DNA of 62,681 bases, counting the filler, from Rhabdomonas costata (lineage: Eukaryota): NCBI GenBank assembly GCA_019059605.1. It is 15 parts of 15 records of this genome, joined end to end, with 100 filler letters (N's around TTAATTAATTAA, not from the genome) between each part and the next. Parts side by side here need not be neighbours in the genome. Positions count along the whole stretch, not along the records: positions 46,079 to 50,152 come from JAHMHO010000375.1; positions 50,253 to 54,335 come from JAHMHO010000376.1; positions 54,436 to 58,507 come from JAHMHO010000377.1; positions 58,608 to 62,681 come from JAHMHO010000378.1; 11 more parts are not named here. One strand, given 5' to 3'. A program made the position numbers and the translations under genes. Below the pieces are notes generated by a model. It worked only from the letters and a program-made list of their open reading frames with translations, was not told where the DNA came from and searched no databases. How positions within the stretch are numbered: the stretch's first letter is position 1; every line of letters starts with the position of its first letter. Positions 49,912-62,681 of this stretch are shown piece after piece.

Positions 49912-52379
49912 CTACACAGCAAACGCCAAAAGAACACACACGTACCCACGTGACACTAAATACGGACACATAGATGGGCTTTCAGAAGCGGAAGCACAAA
50001 CAAAGACAACAAACCCCACACCGGCCACACAAGGGGGTAACGGTGCATGGCATAGTAGGTGCCATTGTCTGTGGAACTTGCCGCCCAGAGTCTGACAGCC
50101 AAGTGTCAAAACAACAGTATTCCGGAAAGGGAAGGGAAGAAGCAAAGCACTGNNNNNNNNNNNNNNNNNNNNNNNNNNNNNNNNNNNNNNNNNNNNTTAA
50201 TTAATTAANNNNNNNNNNNNNNNNNNNNNNNNNNNNNNNNNNNNNNNNNNNNTGTGGTGCTCCTTGGTGGGGGTTGCCTTCGGATCTATCCGGCCATGGC
50301 CCCCCTTCAACATTTACCCCAATCCTACCTCACGGCGGATGCGCCCCGAAGAGGGACACAAACCCACAAATCCGAACCCAGAATGCCCCCCGGTTCCCAA
50401 ACCATGGGTCTCACGCCGTTCCTGTCTTTCTCCGTGTCTTCGCCTTAATGTCGTATTCGCCGGCATTCACCGTTTTCCCTCATTTCGTTGCGGGAACCTG
50501 GAAACGTGGTGCCAGGGCGAAAAAAAAAAGGTGTTTCCCGGCTGGCTTCAAGGACGATAATGGATCCTTCGGATCAGAATAGATAAACGGAAGATCAGCG
50601 CCTGCGCCCGGATATGGTGAGAAGTCCGAAGAAATACCGAACAACTGGAGTTGCTCAGAAGTCCAAGCTAAAGGAGATAAAGGAAATCCTCAATTCACAT
50701 GTGCATTTGAGTTTGTTGAGTTTTTGCCCAGCAAGTATCGACGGGATGAGGATCCTGCAAATTGGAAAAATTTGACAACGAGGAGATGGAGAATTAAAAT
50801 GGAAACAAATCGGTGTTTTTCAAAGCCTATTTCAAGAAAAAAATAAAGAGATCCCGAAAACGTTCTGGAATCCGTCGTCTGACGTTGGGTAATTTTTGGC
50901 TGAGTTTATTTGGGTATGCTTTGGTTTTCGTGGTGTTTTTTGGTTGCGAATTGAAAACTGTTTACCTCTTTTACAGGTCATAGATAAAAAGCTCAGCGGA
51001 TCGAGGCTAAAAGCGAGGTAGATGCAAGTGAGGGCTAAAAAGGTTGAGAGCTGAATCTTCTTACTTTCACTGTGCTGTGCTTTTGTGCTAAATCTTCTTG
51101 TTTGCCTTGTTTTTGTGTGGGAAAGGCGTAAGAGGACGGCTGGGTAGAGGCAAGACCTCCAGAACCCCACATCCCAGCGGAACCCTAGAAAGCAAAACCC
51201 TCTAAAACGAGCAGCCAGCAGAAGCCACAGCAAGAGAAGTCAGGCTAAACTACTCCCTTTACCGCCCCCATCTGGAGCAAACAAGCGCGGAGCCGGAGAG
51301 TCAGACGCCACCCAATCCATAAACCAAAGATATTGACGGCGCGGCTTCGACAGGCCGCAGCGCACAAATAGATGAATCCAGACCGTGATCATGAAAAACT
51401 CAGCTTCGTACTGAGTGTTTGCACCAAGGCAAACCGCGGCAGCGCCCACTTAGTGAAAGCTAAGTCTGGATACAGGCTGTCAGAAGCGGAGCCAGAGCCA
51501 CTGCCACCAGCAAGAGGTAGGAGGCACGTAAGAGACTCGGCGGATAGACATAGTGTGACACATAGTGTTTGGGTGGCGTGGCACCACCTCAGTTGTGGCA
51601 GGACAGTTGGGCCCTATGTGGGCATAGTTTCTGGGTCGAGTCTTGAGATGGAGCGTGTTGCCCACATCGCGGTTACCCACTTGTGGGCTTAGCTCATTGT
51701 TTTGGTAACTAGCTGTAAATCTGAGAATTTACCGTGCACATTTTGTGTGTGCCGATACTCCTGCAAATGGCTGGTACAAAGGTTAACTCCAACACAAATG
51801 AGTTAAATTTGAGCCTCTAATCCAGCATGGTGGTTGGTGTAAATACGCCAGCACGCTCCGTAGACACGGAGTTACTAATAACTAACAAAGAGGCCGCCAT
51901 TTCAACAGCACATCCTCAAGAAGTTCTTTCACCACATCACACACAGGTCAGACGCCAAAGAGCCCACAGTGCAAAAGTACAGTCAGGGTGGCTGCCTGCA
52001 AGCCACCTCGGAAAACTCTCGGTTCGCTTGGTTAACCAACGACAAGACATTGCGGCACAAGCGATGGTTTTTCCAGGAATAACAAAACACCTAAACTAAA
52101 TCCTCTGATATAGACATCTCTACCGAAGGAGATTAACCTGGGTCTGGCGCGTCTTTTGGCTCTTCGGGTCCATGAATGCCACATTAGTCTTCACTCTCCT
52201 CTGGAAACATCCACAAGTAGTCTAAAACTCGCGTCTAGTAACGTATGAGGTCGCTTGAGTGGAACACTGGAAGTGCTCTACATCTCAGTTCCATGGGTAC
52301 ATCCAGAACAAAAGTTGTGTCAGTAATCTTTTTTCAATGGTAAACTGTCGCAAGGCTTTTGGCATCAATGGATGATCTC

Positions 52380-53760
52380 CAATCCTTTATCTATGGTGCT
52401 TCCTCTTGCTTACCAATACATCTTGTCCAACACAAAACTGGTAATACGCTGTCTTCCGATTCGAGTATTGGCAATCGGGGCTCTGTTTATCGCAATCTCT
52501 GTCATCACCACCAATTCCATCCACGTTGTACCTGTGTGCGCATACATCAACGTCCGAAGCACTTGTTTCCTCTTCTGATTGGTTCTTTCTGCCTTAGTAT
52601 GGTACGGCGACGACCTCTTCGACTGTGTATTCAGAAAAGCCATTGGCTCTTTCCAAAACAACTGCATGAAATCGGGTCTCTACCACTGACAATGCTCCTT
52701 GACAATCCATGATATCTGACTATTTCCTACGAGAAAAACTCCGCTATATCTAACGCATTCTGTTTGTCTTTTTGTGTGCATTTTTGTGGCGCAGCGCACA
52801 CCATCACCACAACGCCCGTCGTGTTGTCCAGCAAGAACAGCAGTACAGTGAACACGCCAAAAAACCAATAGGTGTGAAGAACAAGCATCAAAAGAACACG
52901 CCACAGCGCACAGCGCCAAGGTGCCCTGCGGACCACGTCTGTCTCCTCCAAATGCACACGTGGAAGCTCACAAAACCCGGCTCGCTAAGGTTTTTATCAC
53001 TCAGTGGCCACGTCCACAAATATACTAGCAGTGGTCTTTGCCTGCCGTCGCCATTGTTTCGAGAGGACTAGCAAGACACCTTATCCGGCTGCACCCAAGC
53101 CCACTTTCTAGCCACCTGCAAGGCATGTAACAAAGCGTGTAGTCAGGATTCCTGCCCAACACGCAGCACGGGCAAAGTAGCCCCGATGCATCGAGGACCG
53201 CTTCCACTTTAGGAGCTCTTTGGCAAGGAAGGCATGTTTCCCGAAGCCGGCGGCACCAGGATCCATGGACATGGGATTCCTGGCGGGATTGGATGAAAGG
53301 GCTTGGAAGCAGACGCTGGTACAAGCCCGGCATCTGGATAGTTCTTCAACTCCGAGACCAGGACCAGATCAACAATGGCATGAACTTCAAGGAATTTTCG
53401 GAGACTTGGAACAGTTTTGGACTGATTTGCGGATTTGTTCCATTTCCCCTCGTGTCGTTGGTACGTCTGGCAGACCATGCGGCGGATGTGAGAAATGGCG
53501 AGGGATCATCAGCGCAAGACCCTCAAGGACCTCCTGCACGTAGCGCTTGCAAACGAGTCATCGCCCTTCTCCTGCGCGGTTTTACCACTGGAGTTTATTC
53601 CCGAATAGCACTACATTGACGACCGCCAAGGATAATTTACGGCTGTTAGTCACACACTGGAGCGCTACTGAGTGGGTCTGCTGAACAGCATGTGGCCACA
53701 GGGTTTCAACTCGGCCTACCCTGGAAGCCTGTATCCGCCTGGGTGCGTCGGCAACGGCAT
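52380..53760 (-). mobile_element. Degenerate Ty3/gypsy-like pol (RNase H to integrase) remnant
   Basis: FWKEPMAFLNTQSKRSSPYHTKAERTNQKRKQVLRTL...TTWMELVVMTEIAINRAP is an integrase-core ss.yHp...ER.N...LR / W...E.A.N pattern. Upstream lies a zinc-finger-like ETCLPCQ. Many frameshifts. Confidence 0.75.
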
Positions 53761-55516
53761 CTTCCAGAGCCGGACCGCATGACGCTGACACTCGAAGCGC
53801 AAGATGCCGTACATCAGTGAGTCTACCGTCTACATGAAGGATATGGAACGCTTGGAGAAGGATACTCTCCTTGATACGCTGGACTGGATCAAGCAGAATG
53901 TCCCAGCGAGGGAACGGCGACCCAATTTAATTGCGAAATATACCGCCTTGATCGACGCGTTGATGGAGAAGCCTTTCACCTGCAGCTCCATCACGTGCTT
54001 CGATACCCGCAAGTTTACAGCATGCACCCTGAGCCTGAGGCAGCAGCAGCAATCATGATAGTGAACAAGTTCCAGTCTCAGACTCTGCTGTGTAACTATG
54101 CAAAGGCGGATCCAAAATTGAAAGTGGACGACGCACTTCATGAAACGCCGAAGAATTGCGCGTGCAGTGGGATGCGATCTCGCCAACTGCAGCTGTGCTG
54201 TAAGTGGCAGATTAAGCTCGAGACGCGTCGCGCCCTGGAAGCGGACAGTGACGAAGAGGAAGAACCAGCATATTCTTTCCACCCTCCTCCTCACTGTCAG
54301 CAAGGTGGTCAGGCGTGCATTACACCCCCCACCCCNNNNNNNNNNNNNNNNNNNNNNNNNNNNNNNNNNNNNNNNNNNNTTAATTAATTAANNNNNNNNN
54401 NNNNNNNNNNNNNNNNNNNNNNNNNNNNNNNNNNNTTTTGTGTTTGTTTTTTTCTTTCTTTTTTCTTGCTTGCTTTTCGTTCGATCGTTCTTGCCACCAG
54501 CTTCTATCTGGCACGCGTATGTGCTTGCCTCTTTTGGGGCGCACACAGGCGTTCATGCCAACCGTAGTGCACACCCTCCCCAGCCAGTTTCCTTTCTTGC
54601 CGTTATGCTTCCCATGAGTCTTGGATCCCCCTGAACTGCCTGGGGTATGGGCGTCAGCGTTGGTAGGTGGTGGGTGGGTGTTTATTATTGTCCATGAGCT
54701 GGCATGGCAAGTCGGAAGTGTGGCACCCTGCCATTCTTCGGACCTTAGCCCGCCGCCCACCGGCTCTCCATCGCTCTTCCGTCGGAGGGTGTGGAAAAGA
54801 CGCTGCTGCGCGTCCACAGGTCGTCATCTGAGGGCTGCGCGCTTCGGGCTGTGTTATATTCCGTGGCGGCGTTTTTGGCGTGTGTCTTGTGGCGCATTGT
54901 GACGCTCACTGGTTTGTGTTGTGTTGCATTGTGTTCTGTTGTGCTGTGTTGCTTTGGGGGGTTTGTGGGTTCGGTCCGGACTCCATTCTTTCCAAACTTA
55001 TCGAGCGAAGAACGAAATCCAACCTTGTACTGCCAGGTGGCTCTTCTTCCGCCTGTTGCAGTGGGGGGGATGGTGGGGTCCACCCCCTCCACTGCAGGGC
55101 TATCTTGCCAAGGGTGGTCTACTTCACTGGGAGTAGGCCACCCTTGCGGTCCGTTGTCGCGAATCTGTCCGGTCGCTTTGCGTGGACCTGCGTGGGGGCG
55201 AGTGTTGATGGATGGATGGATGGGCGGGTGGATGGTTCTTGGGAGTGACGTAACTTCGTACTTTGTTTCCTCCCCTCTTTAGACGTTACGTTTCCCAACC
55301 ACAATCTTTTGCCGACTACGTTTATCTTAGGAGGGAGGGAGCGAGCGAGCCAGGGAGTCAGGGAGCAGCTGTTGGTGTCTGTTGGTGTCTCTGCTGCACA
55401 CTCCTCAGCAAGGTTTTCTTGCGAGCCGTGGGCTCAACGGCGGCTTCGTTCTTTTTTTCTGTTACGCTTTTATCACAGTTGGCTTCTGCTGGTGAGTGTT
55501 ACGAGAGAGACCTGCA

Positions 55517-55562
55517 GTGTGTGTGTGTGTGTGTGTGTGTGTCTGTGTGTGTGTGTGTGTGT
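55517..55562 (+). repeat. (GT)n microsatellite
   Basis: Dinucleotide run with one interruption. Confidence 0.95.
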
Positions 55563-56453
55563 TTGAGGGATAGAAGACTTCCTTCCTTCCTTCCTCTCCG
55601 TTTGACCTCCACAGCCTGGAGGTTCAGGGAGATTCGGGAGTACTGTCCTGGGTGGAGCAGGGGGAGAGGAGGGAGGCGAAGTCATGCTCAAACCTATGTA
55701 CACTTGGGAGCTTGGCAAGACGCGTGTTTGTAGCAGTGACGAAGTGACCAGATGCGATAACCAGAATCCAAAACCCAGGGGCGGCAGAAAAAACCGGTAA
55801 GAATGCCTGCTAGACCGAGGAAATTGTCATCGAATGAGGTTACTTCCTGATTTTTTTTGCGGGGCAGTAGTAAAAAAGGAAGCATTTTGAGCTGCGAAAA
55901 AGGTGGGAGTGGGGTGGGCGACCAAGGTTACACGCTCAAAAGAATGCTCACTGTGCATCTGGAACGAAGTGCGATGAACCAGGTTGGTGCAGCCCACTGG
56001 AGCTGCCCTTGGAGCGGTTGTTGTGCCCCCCTCGGCCTCTTATTGCACTCAGGCATTTAGCCCTTACTGGGATCTATGCATTTCTTTTGCGCATGCGCAC
56101 TTGAGCCACCCTTGCAAGAAGCTAAAACGGGACCGTCACCCGTTCTCGGCGGAGGACGGGGAGAGGTTGACAAACGCTGGCAAAGTGACTTAGTGGCTTT
56201 AGAAGCTTCCAGAAGGTGTTTGCAAAGATTTCTGATGCAAAGCGACTTTATACCCCACTTCCGCGAGTTCACCATCTACGGAAGCAGGGAAGCAGGGTAT
56301 GCTAGGTCGAAAGACAATGCGGTGGGCCTGGAAGGGGCTTTGCCTTCTGTAAGCTTCCGTCTGCATCCACCAGGTATGTCCGCAGTGGTCGTAACCCCTG
56401 GAGAGGATGTGGGACTCCTTATGTTTTGCAGTTGACCTTGGCGTGGCGAAAAA

Positions 56454-57795
56454 ATGACGGCCGTTTGCAGCAGTTGTATGGCACTGGGCTCGGCGTGCTC
56501 TTCGGGCTGTGCGGAGTACATAGACTCTCTGCTGCACAATTACAAGGCCCTGGAGGTTTGCGCGGATTGTGCGAATTTTTTCAGCACATCGGTGCTGTGT
56601 CCGGATGGGCAGGTGCATTGGTTTGCAATTGGCTCTTTGACAGGCACAGATAGCCTTGCTGTGCGTTTATGCCGTGCTCTCCCTCTCGCCGTGCGCCAAA
56701 CTGGGATACGCTTTCGGCGGCCGACACACATGATGGATTTTCTCTCTTCTTCTTCTCCCACGCTCTCCACTCCATTCTCTTGGGAGCAAAGGGGCTTGGG
56801 GTGGAGGGTCAGTCTGGACGGCATCCAACATTATTGTTATGGATGAAACAACCTGCCTCCTCCATGGTCAGATGAAAACCCCGGCAAGCTTGCTGGAATC
56901 AGTGAAGCTCCCCTCGTTTTTCGTTTACAGACGAAGTACCGACCGCTCTCGTCGTACATGCACAAGGTCCAGCATGAGGCCACTCCTCAGATGAGGGAGA
57001 TCCTGGTGAGCTGGCTGAGCGAAGGTCCTTCCCCCTCCCCCTCCCGAGTCACAGGTAGTTTTTTGACGCGCTGTGCCGCTGGTGCAGGACGGAGTGAGTC
57101 GGCCTTGCGCTTTGCAGTGAGTTGGTTGGTGTGGCGTGCATTTTTCAGTGGCGAAGGAGTTCCAGCTCAGCCTGAAGACCCTGTGCCTCACTGTGGACTT
57201 CATTGACCGGTACCTCTCCGTGGCTGAGGTTGCCCGGACCAGGCTGCAGCTCGTGGGGGTGACGTGCATGCTGATCGCCTCGTATGGCGGGGGGTGGGGC
57301 CCTCACCACCAACCAGTCCCCCGCCGCACCAGTGGACCACTTCCTCTCTCCCATAGTTTTCTTCTTCGTCATGTGGTTCCTTTCTTTCCCGCGTGCTTGG
57401 CGCCTTCCTTCGTTTTGTACGGCTGCTTCACCACTGTCTCTTCTGCTCGTGTACAGGAAGCACGAGGAGGTGAGGCCTCCTTGCGTGGATGATCTGGTGC
57501 ACATGACCGACTCCACGTACACTCCCGACGAGGTACGCTGCCCCGCACCCGCCAAAAAATACATGCTTGTTTTGGCCACCCGTTCTTGCTCATAAAAGGG
57601 GGAGGGTAGTGTAACCATTAGTGGATGTTTTGCTGTGGACGTTCTACCCCACGCGCGAAATCGTAGTTGCGCGACATGGAGGTTGAGGTGCTGAAGGCCC
57701 TTCGTTTTGCGTGCTCGGGGCCGACGGCGAAGGACTTTGCCGGGCTCTTCCTGGGGGCCGCCGAGGTGGGCGAGGAGGTTTCCCGGATGGTGGAC
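56454..57795 (+). CDS. A/B-type cyclin (cyclin A-like), partial (exons ~56454-56555, 56931-57024, 57149-57281, 57457-57532, 57667-57795)
   Basis: CAEYIDSLLHNYKALE|TKYRPLSSYMHKVQHEATPQMREILVSWLSE|VAKEFQLSLKTLCLTVDFIDRYLS...RLQLVGVTCMLIAS|KHEEVRPP..DDLVHMTDSTYTPDE|LRDMEVEVLKALRF is a cyclin box. Junctions are in frame; 5' boundary uncertain. Confidence 0.92.
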
Positions 57796-58991
57796 GTATG
57801 CCTCCCTGCTATCTTTGATGCACTTTGCCATAAGACATATAGATGCCACAATTTCAAGCCGCAGCGGTGTGGGGAGATCTCTTTGCACGCCCTGGCGTGA
57901 ACAAGTGAGGCTTTAGGTGACCAGGTTTCTGAAGGTGAAGTGAGAAGGTTGAACTGTCAGGTAGATGTGTAATTGGATTTCGTATTGCCTGTGGACCAAG
58001 AAACAGATACGCCCGTGCATGTCGCTTCTTTTCTTCATGTGCAGGCTGGTTTTCATCACTTACGATGATCTTTGTAAGTAAGAGGTCTTTGTTGAAGAGA
58101 CAGGCAAATGCTGGAACTGCAACTACCGCAACAAAAACCGCAAAGCAAAAATAGGACAACGACCAAAACCTCGTGTGCGCTTCACTGTGCATCACTGTGC
58201 ATCACTGGAACTTACTGTCGCTGCCTCACGGTGCCTCTCGTTTTTTATTCCTTGAGCTTAGCTCTGGAGCCATGCTGATGTGTTGATGTGTGAAAGAGCT
58301 GAAAAGGGCAACGTAAGAGGTAAGATTCCCGGGAAAAGAGAGCGGTGAAAATAGGCGCACCGGTTAAAACTGTTTTCGGAGGGGGGGCACCATGTGTGGG
58401 TCTTTGGAACGCACAGCGTGGAAAGGGGAGGTGCGGAAAGAGGTATGCCTTTCCACGTCACAGCGAGCCCGCTGCTCCCCTCATCACGCCGCCCCCCCAC
58501 CCCCACCNNNNNNNNNNNNNNNNNNNNNNNNNNNNNNNNNNNNNNNNNNNNTTAATTAATTAANNNNNNNNNNNNNNNNNNNNNNNNNNNNNNNNNNNNN
58601 NNNNNNNGGTGTTGACTGGCTTCCCCTTGAGCTGGTTTTTTCTACGACATTTTGAATTCGCGGTTGTCAGTGCTCTGGCGCAGGCTGCGGAGGTTGTTTT
58701 TATCCTGCCTCCCCTTTCAACAGTATATTGTTTTACCGGCCACTTGTGGTGGATAATCTTCACGGCTTTGGATGCAACCACTTACCTAAACTGGGAGGCA
58801 AGGCCGATCAAACGCAAATGGAAGACTGCGGGGCCTCGGTTTTGCGCAGGTCAGCATGCAGTGAACCAGGGCTCTTTTGTCTGCTCTCTGAGCTCATGGC
58901 AAACAGTTGGGGGTCGTTGAACGTCCCTCCCAATCTCTCCCAATCTGAAGGAAATCTCCCTCCTGCGCTGTGATATCGGAATACAGGGTGC

Positions 58992-59186
58992 AATGGAAGA
59001 TGGGGGGGTGGGGGTGAGTGGTAACGGTTACCAATGGTAACAATTTTTACTATGGGCGCATATTTTAGAAAGTTGTTAAATGCCCCCAGGTCACGTCCCC
59101 GCCCCAGCCGCCCGCTCCGGCCGCGGCGCGACTGTTACCAGTGGTAACCGTTATTACTGGTAACCGAACCCCCCCCAACTTCCATT
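58992..59186. mobile_element. MITE-like element with ~50-bp imperfect terminal inverted repeats
   Basis: The left arm aatggaagatggggggg...ggtaacggttaccaatggtaaca (58992-59042) matches the reverse complement of 59133-59186 (aatggaagttgggggggg...taacggttaccactggtaaca). Confidence 0.7.
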
Positions 59187-60069
59187 ATGCCGAATGCAGT
59201 ATTTGCCCGTGATACTTTTTTGTGTTTGAGGTGGAGATATCACGCCTTTTGAATTTTGAATAGGAGGTGGTCATCATTGACGTTCGAGAGCTTGGGGACT
59301 TTTTGAGGCTCCTGCCCATATTTCCGGAGGACACTTTGCACTACAGCGGTGTCACTTCAATACAGCAACTCCGAAGCCTTCCGGTGAGCACGACTCCGCA
59401 GTACTCTGGAGACCTCAGAATCCTCTTTAATATTATCAACACTCTTTCTGTTGGTATGCTTTGTAGTGCGTCGTGTTTTTTTTGCTCAATCGTAAGGGTG
59501 CTGCGGATTGGCGAGTCTGGTCGTAGTGATCAGTTCTCAACGCTCCCTGCGGTAGCTGTTAGCATTGGTATTAGTACAAACCAAAATACTCATAAATGGT
59601 CCGAAAGGTTCTAGCGCATATGCCGAAGTTTGTGTGTCTCAAATCTGAAGTTTGTGTGGGGTCTCAAAAGGAATAGTGTTTAGTGTGGCGGGTATGGTAA
59701 ACTGCGCCATTGCATGAATTGGGGGTTTCTTTTGGTATAGAGTGTTTATGTAGTGGTTGCTGAGGATGTGTTTTGGCTGACGGTTGGGAACACCTATAGT
59801 CTCGGGGCGGAGGCTGGCACGCAGCGGTGGAGTGGGACCAGGGATGCGTTCTCTTTTTTGCGTTCGACTGCGTACGGTCTACTTAGAATATCATCTACTT
59901 TGGTTACCGTTACCGCTGTTATGGTCGCCGCATCGCTTTCATCCGGCTGTATTTGTTACCATTGGTATCCGTTACTCTCGTCCCAAGGACATGGTACCTT
60001 TTCTTTTTCGGATCACGGACTATCTGCATAGCTGATTAACCTCTCTTTGCCTCATGTGCGTGTGTACAG

Positions 60070-61841
60070 CTAACATGAAGGTGGCTGCCCGCGATATAAT
60101 CGAGTGGCTCAACGCCGACGGACGCCAAGTGATGCTTTCTCTTGGGTACAACTTCACCAATGTGACGTCGCTGCGAGCCTCGGTGTGCGAGCAGCCCTGC
60201 GCCCATGGGCAGCCGTGTGCACTGGCGGCATCTTCGCAGTGCGTATGTGCTGCGCCGTGGTACGGTGGGCAGTGTGAGTTGAGCTGCGCCGCCTCTGTGA
60301 ACTGCTCGGGGCACGGCCGGTGCAACGGCACGGACGGCGCCTGTGTGTGCGACTTGGTGTGCAGCGTGCTTTGACATGCAAGAATTTTGAACCACAAGCG
60401 TGTCGGCACCGTGCCAATTGAGCCTTACCAGCCGGCCGTGACGCAAGAGGACATTTGGCGAGTACTCCTGAAATTCTTGTATTTTGAGACAACTTATTGT
60501 CCTCAACGCGCACCTGCTGACCTCCTTCGGAATTGCTGGCTGTATTGGAGCCAGAATTAAGTTCGTTATCACCCTTGTTCCCTGAGCGACACTAGTGTTG
60601 AACATAAAATGGGTTTCGATCGAAAAAGTTGTTTAGCATCCAATGTCTGTTCCAGTCTATACCCTTTTACGCTCATGTCAGTGAGTGAACTAGTCTGAAC
60701 TATGCTGCCCTGAAGCTGCCGGTATTCCTTCCCGCCGTATCGTTTTGCGGAGCTGTCTTTCTTCGGGTGGGCCTTTCTAGCCCCATTCTTTTTTTCTCAG
60801 GGCTATAACTCCACGCAATGTGACCACTGTGAGCCGGACTTTTACACCTACCCGCAGTGCTTCTTTTGTACTCGCGATTCCTCGTGCAGCAGCCACGGCG
60901 AGTGCAACGGCACCCTGGACTACTGCGCATGCGACGAGGGCTACTCCGGCCGGAACTGCAGCGAGTGCGCCCCAGCGTGGACGGGCTACCCCAACTGCCG
61001 GAAACACTACGTCGCGTATGCTGGCTGCCCTTCCTGTCCTGGTGAGTCGGGAGAGTTTGACTGTGTGGGTATGCTGCTCAGAAACGGGGACCCAGCCCTG
61101 ACAGTCTAATATACGCATACCTCAAAGCTTTTCATGATGAGACGCTAATCCCTTTCCTGCTGATCTCCAAGATTACGTTTTGATGATCAAGACCATGAAG
61201 CAAAAAGCAGATTTACGCCCGCCCTGCAAGGAACACTCAAGTTAGTGGATTTCGGCTCTATTTTTTTTTTGGTTTCACAACCGAAAACCGAGGAAAGATC
61301 TACTTCTACTTATTACTACAGATCGGGGACCGGTACCCCTCGGTCCCACCGCACCGTTCCCCGCAAAGGTGCCCCTACGGCCAACAACGCGCCGATAGCG
61401 GTCTGGCACCTGGCAGCTCCCGACACTGTCTGTTTTTCCGCGATTGATCATTGAAGTTGTTAGTCGAAGGGAGCCACTGCTTCTTTGCGCTGCGCAGGCC
61501 TTCATTGTTTCTTCTCGTTCAGGCCAAGTCAGCTGCGCTCTGCGCTCTGAAACGGCATTCATCACACCCTGACACACGCGCAGACTTCCATGCACTCCAT
61601 TTTTTTCGTTGTGTGCAGCTCTGTCAGCTTCCTGCCCTCGCAGCCCGTGGCAGGGCAGCCCTTCCAAGTATTCTTCCTGGGCAGAGACTTGCACGCAGGG
61701 GACACCTATAGCTTGGACCCGGCCAACCTGCAGGGGTGTGTGCTGGGCAGCCCCACCGCTGTGGGTGGCACTGTGGCCAGCTTTGACCCGTACATGGGGC
61801 CGACGGAGGGAAATGGCACCATCCAGCTCAATGATGACTCG
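60070..61841 (+). CDS. EGF/laminin-EGF domain extracellular protein, internal part (exons 60070-60356, 60801-61015, 61619-~61841)
   Basis: CVCAAPWYGGQCELSC..NCSGHGRCNGTDGACVCDL|GYNSTQCDHCEPDFYTYPQC...CSSHGECNG..CACDEGYSGRNCSECAPAWTGYPNC, then a beta-rich PSQPVAGQPFQVFFLG exon. Phases are compatible; 3' end uncertain. Confidence 0.82.
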
Positions 61842-62681
61842 GTATACGCGACCCGGTGGACCGCCCCTTTTTCCTGGGGTCATCCTCATTACTTTCTGTT
61901 TTTCTTTTGAAGGAGACAATTCACTCGTTGACTCTTGTGATTTAAGGTGTGTGAAGTGTGCTTTAACCAGCTGTGATACCCGGCAGGGGTTCTTTCCTGG
62001 GGTGTGAGGGCGATATAGGGGAGAGATTTGTATGATAAGTTCCACCGTAAACTAACACTTTCGGTAACATGGTCGGAACATCAGGTTCTCGGAAAAAATC
62101 TTGCGTCTGTACCATGTTCCCAATAGGATGTTGAGTGGGGCAAATGGCAACTTGTACGTCGAAAGCATTTGGCGCGCCTTCGACGCACTACCCCTTCCTT
62201 CTGCGACACATATTTGGTTTGCCAAACTACACCGCCAGCTGGTAGTTATGTACCTCTACTCAGAGACACCCATCCGATAGCAGCGGCGTCAAGATAGTGC
62301 AAAGAGACTTCAGATCGAAATGTCATAGATCTCTCAGTTTCTGGCTGGGGGTGGCCTTACTTTGATTGCGATTGACTATTCGAAAGCGGCGCATTCTGGA
62401 TCGAGGGGCGGGGGGCTGTTTTAGGTAATGGCGAGTTCTTGGAATATCTTCAGTTTCTTAGGAGTGTGGTTTGGCCCCAATGGTTTCCGGCGCCAGAACG
62501 TTTAGTCCTCGGGGACGCATTACCATTTTTTCCAATAAAGATACCAAGCATACACCTCTGCCCTTTCCCAGGTCACCATCCGGATCACCCTTCACGGCTC
62601 TGCCTACGGGGTGTGCTACACCCTGCTGACCTCACAGCCAACCTTTCTGGGCAACCACACAACCAAACACACCCACAACCC

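Noticed and set aside
53804-54334. Protein-like ORFs MPYISESTVYMKD... and ...EADSDEEEEP
   Set aside because: No recognisable family, split over two frames and adjacent to a decayed retroelement; cannot support a call.
4085-58607. Regularly spaced TTAATTAATTAA palindromes resembling a repeat array or CRISPR
   Set aside because: Always embedded in fixed-length N-runs; an artificial six-frame-stop linker.
1-62681. Apparent gene cluster (ART, AAA+, helicase-like, methyltransferases) as one system
   Set aside because: The genes lie on different concatenated contigs, so there is no linkage information. Only NOP2 and SABATH share a contig and a frame.
1-62681. tRNA, rRNA or spliced-leader RNA genes; non-canonical introns
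   Set aside because: None recognised by eye. Every intron I could resolve is GT-AG.

Overview
This is not one continuous locus. It is 15 unrelated ~4.1 kb eukaryotic contigs/scaffolds joined by an artificial N-run + TTAATTAATTAA + N-run linker (stops in all six frames), so adjacency across linkers is meaningless. The source is an intron-rich, mitochondriate eukaryote, probably a protist, with canonical GT-AG introns. Recognisable partial genes: RPN2 (26S proteasome), NOP2-type m5C RNA methyltransferase, YHM2-like mitochondrial carrier, A/B-type cyclin, an RRM protein, two EGF/laminin-EGF repeat proteins, a large DUF3638/DUF3645 helicase-like protein, a midasin-like multi-AAA+ protein with lesions, and a disrupted Fn3-associated + R-S-E ADP-ribosyltransferase gene. 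There are also decayed CRE-like non-LTR, Ty3/gypsy and possible MULE elements and a MITE. Best finding: the last NOP2 exon reads without a stop into a complete, intronless SABATH-family small-molecule methyltransferase, suggesting a NOP2-SABATH double-methyltransferase fusion. Second: a ~750 bp non-coding island packed with strand-biased GCGNAGC mini-hairpins in duplicated, covarying stem-loop modules. All family calls come from motif recognition by eye; no database searches were run.
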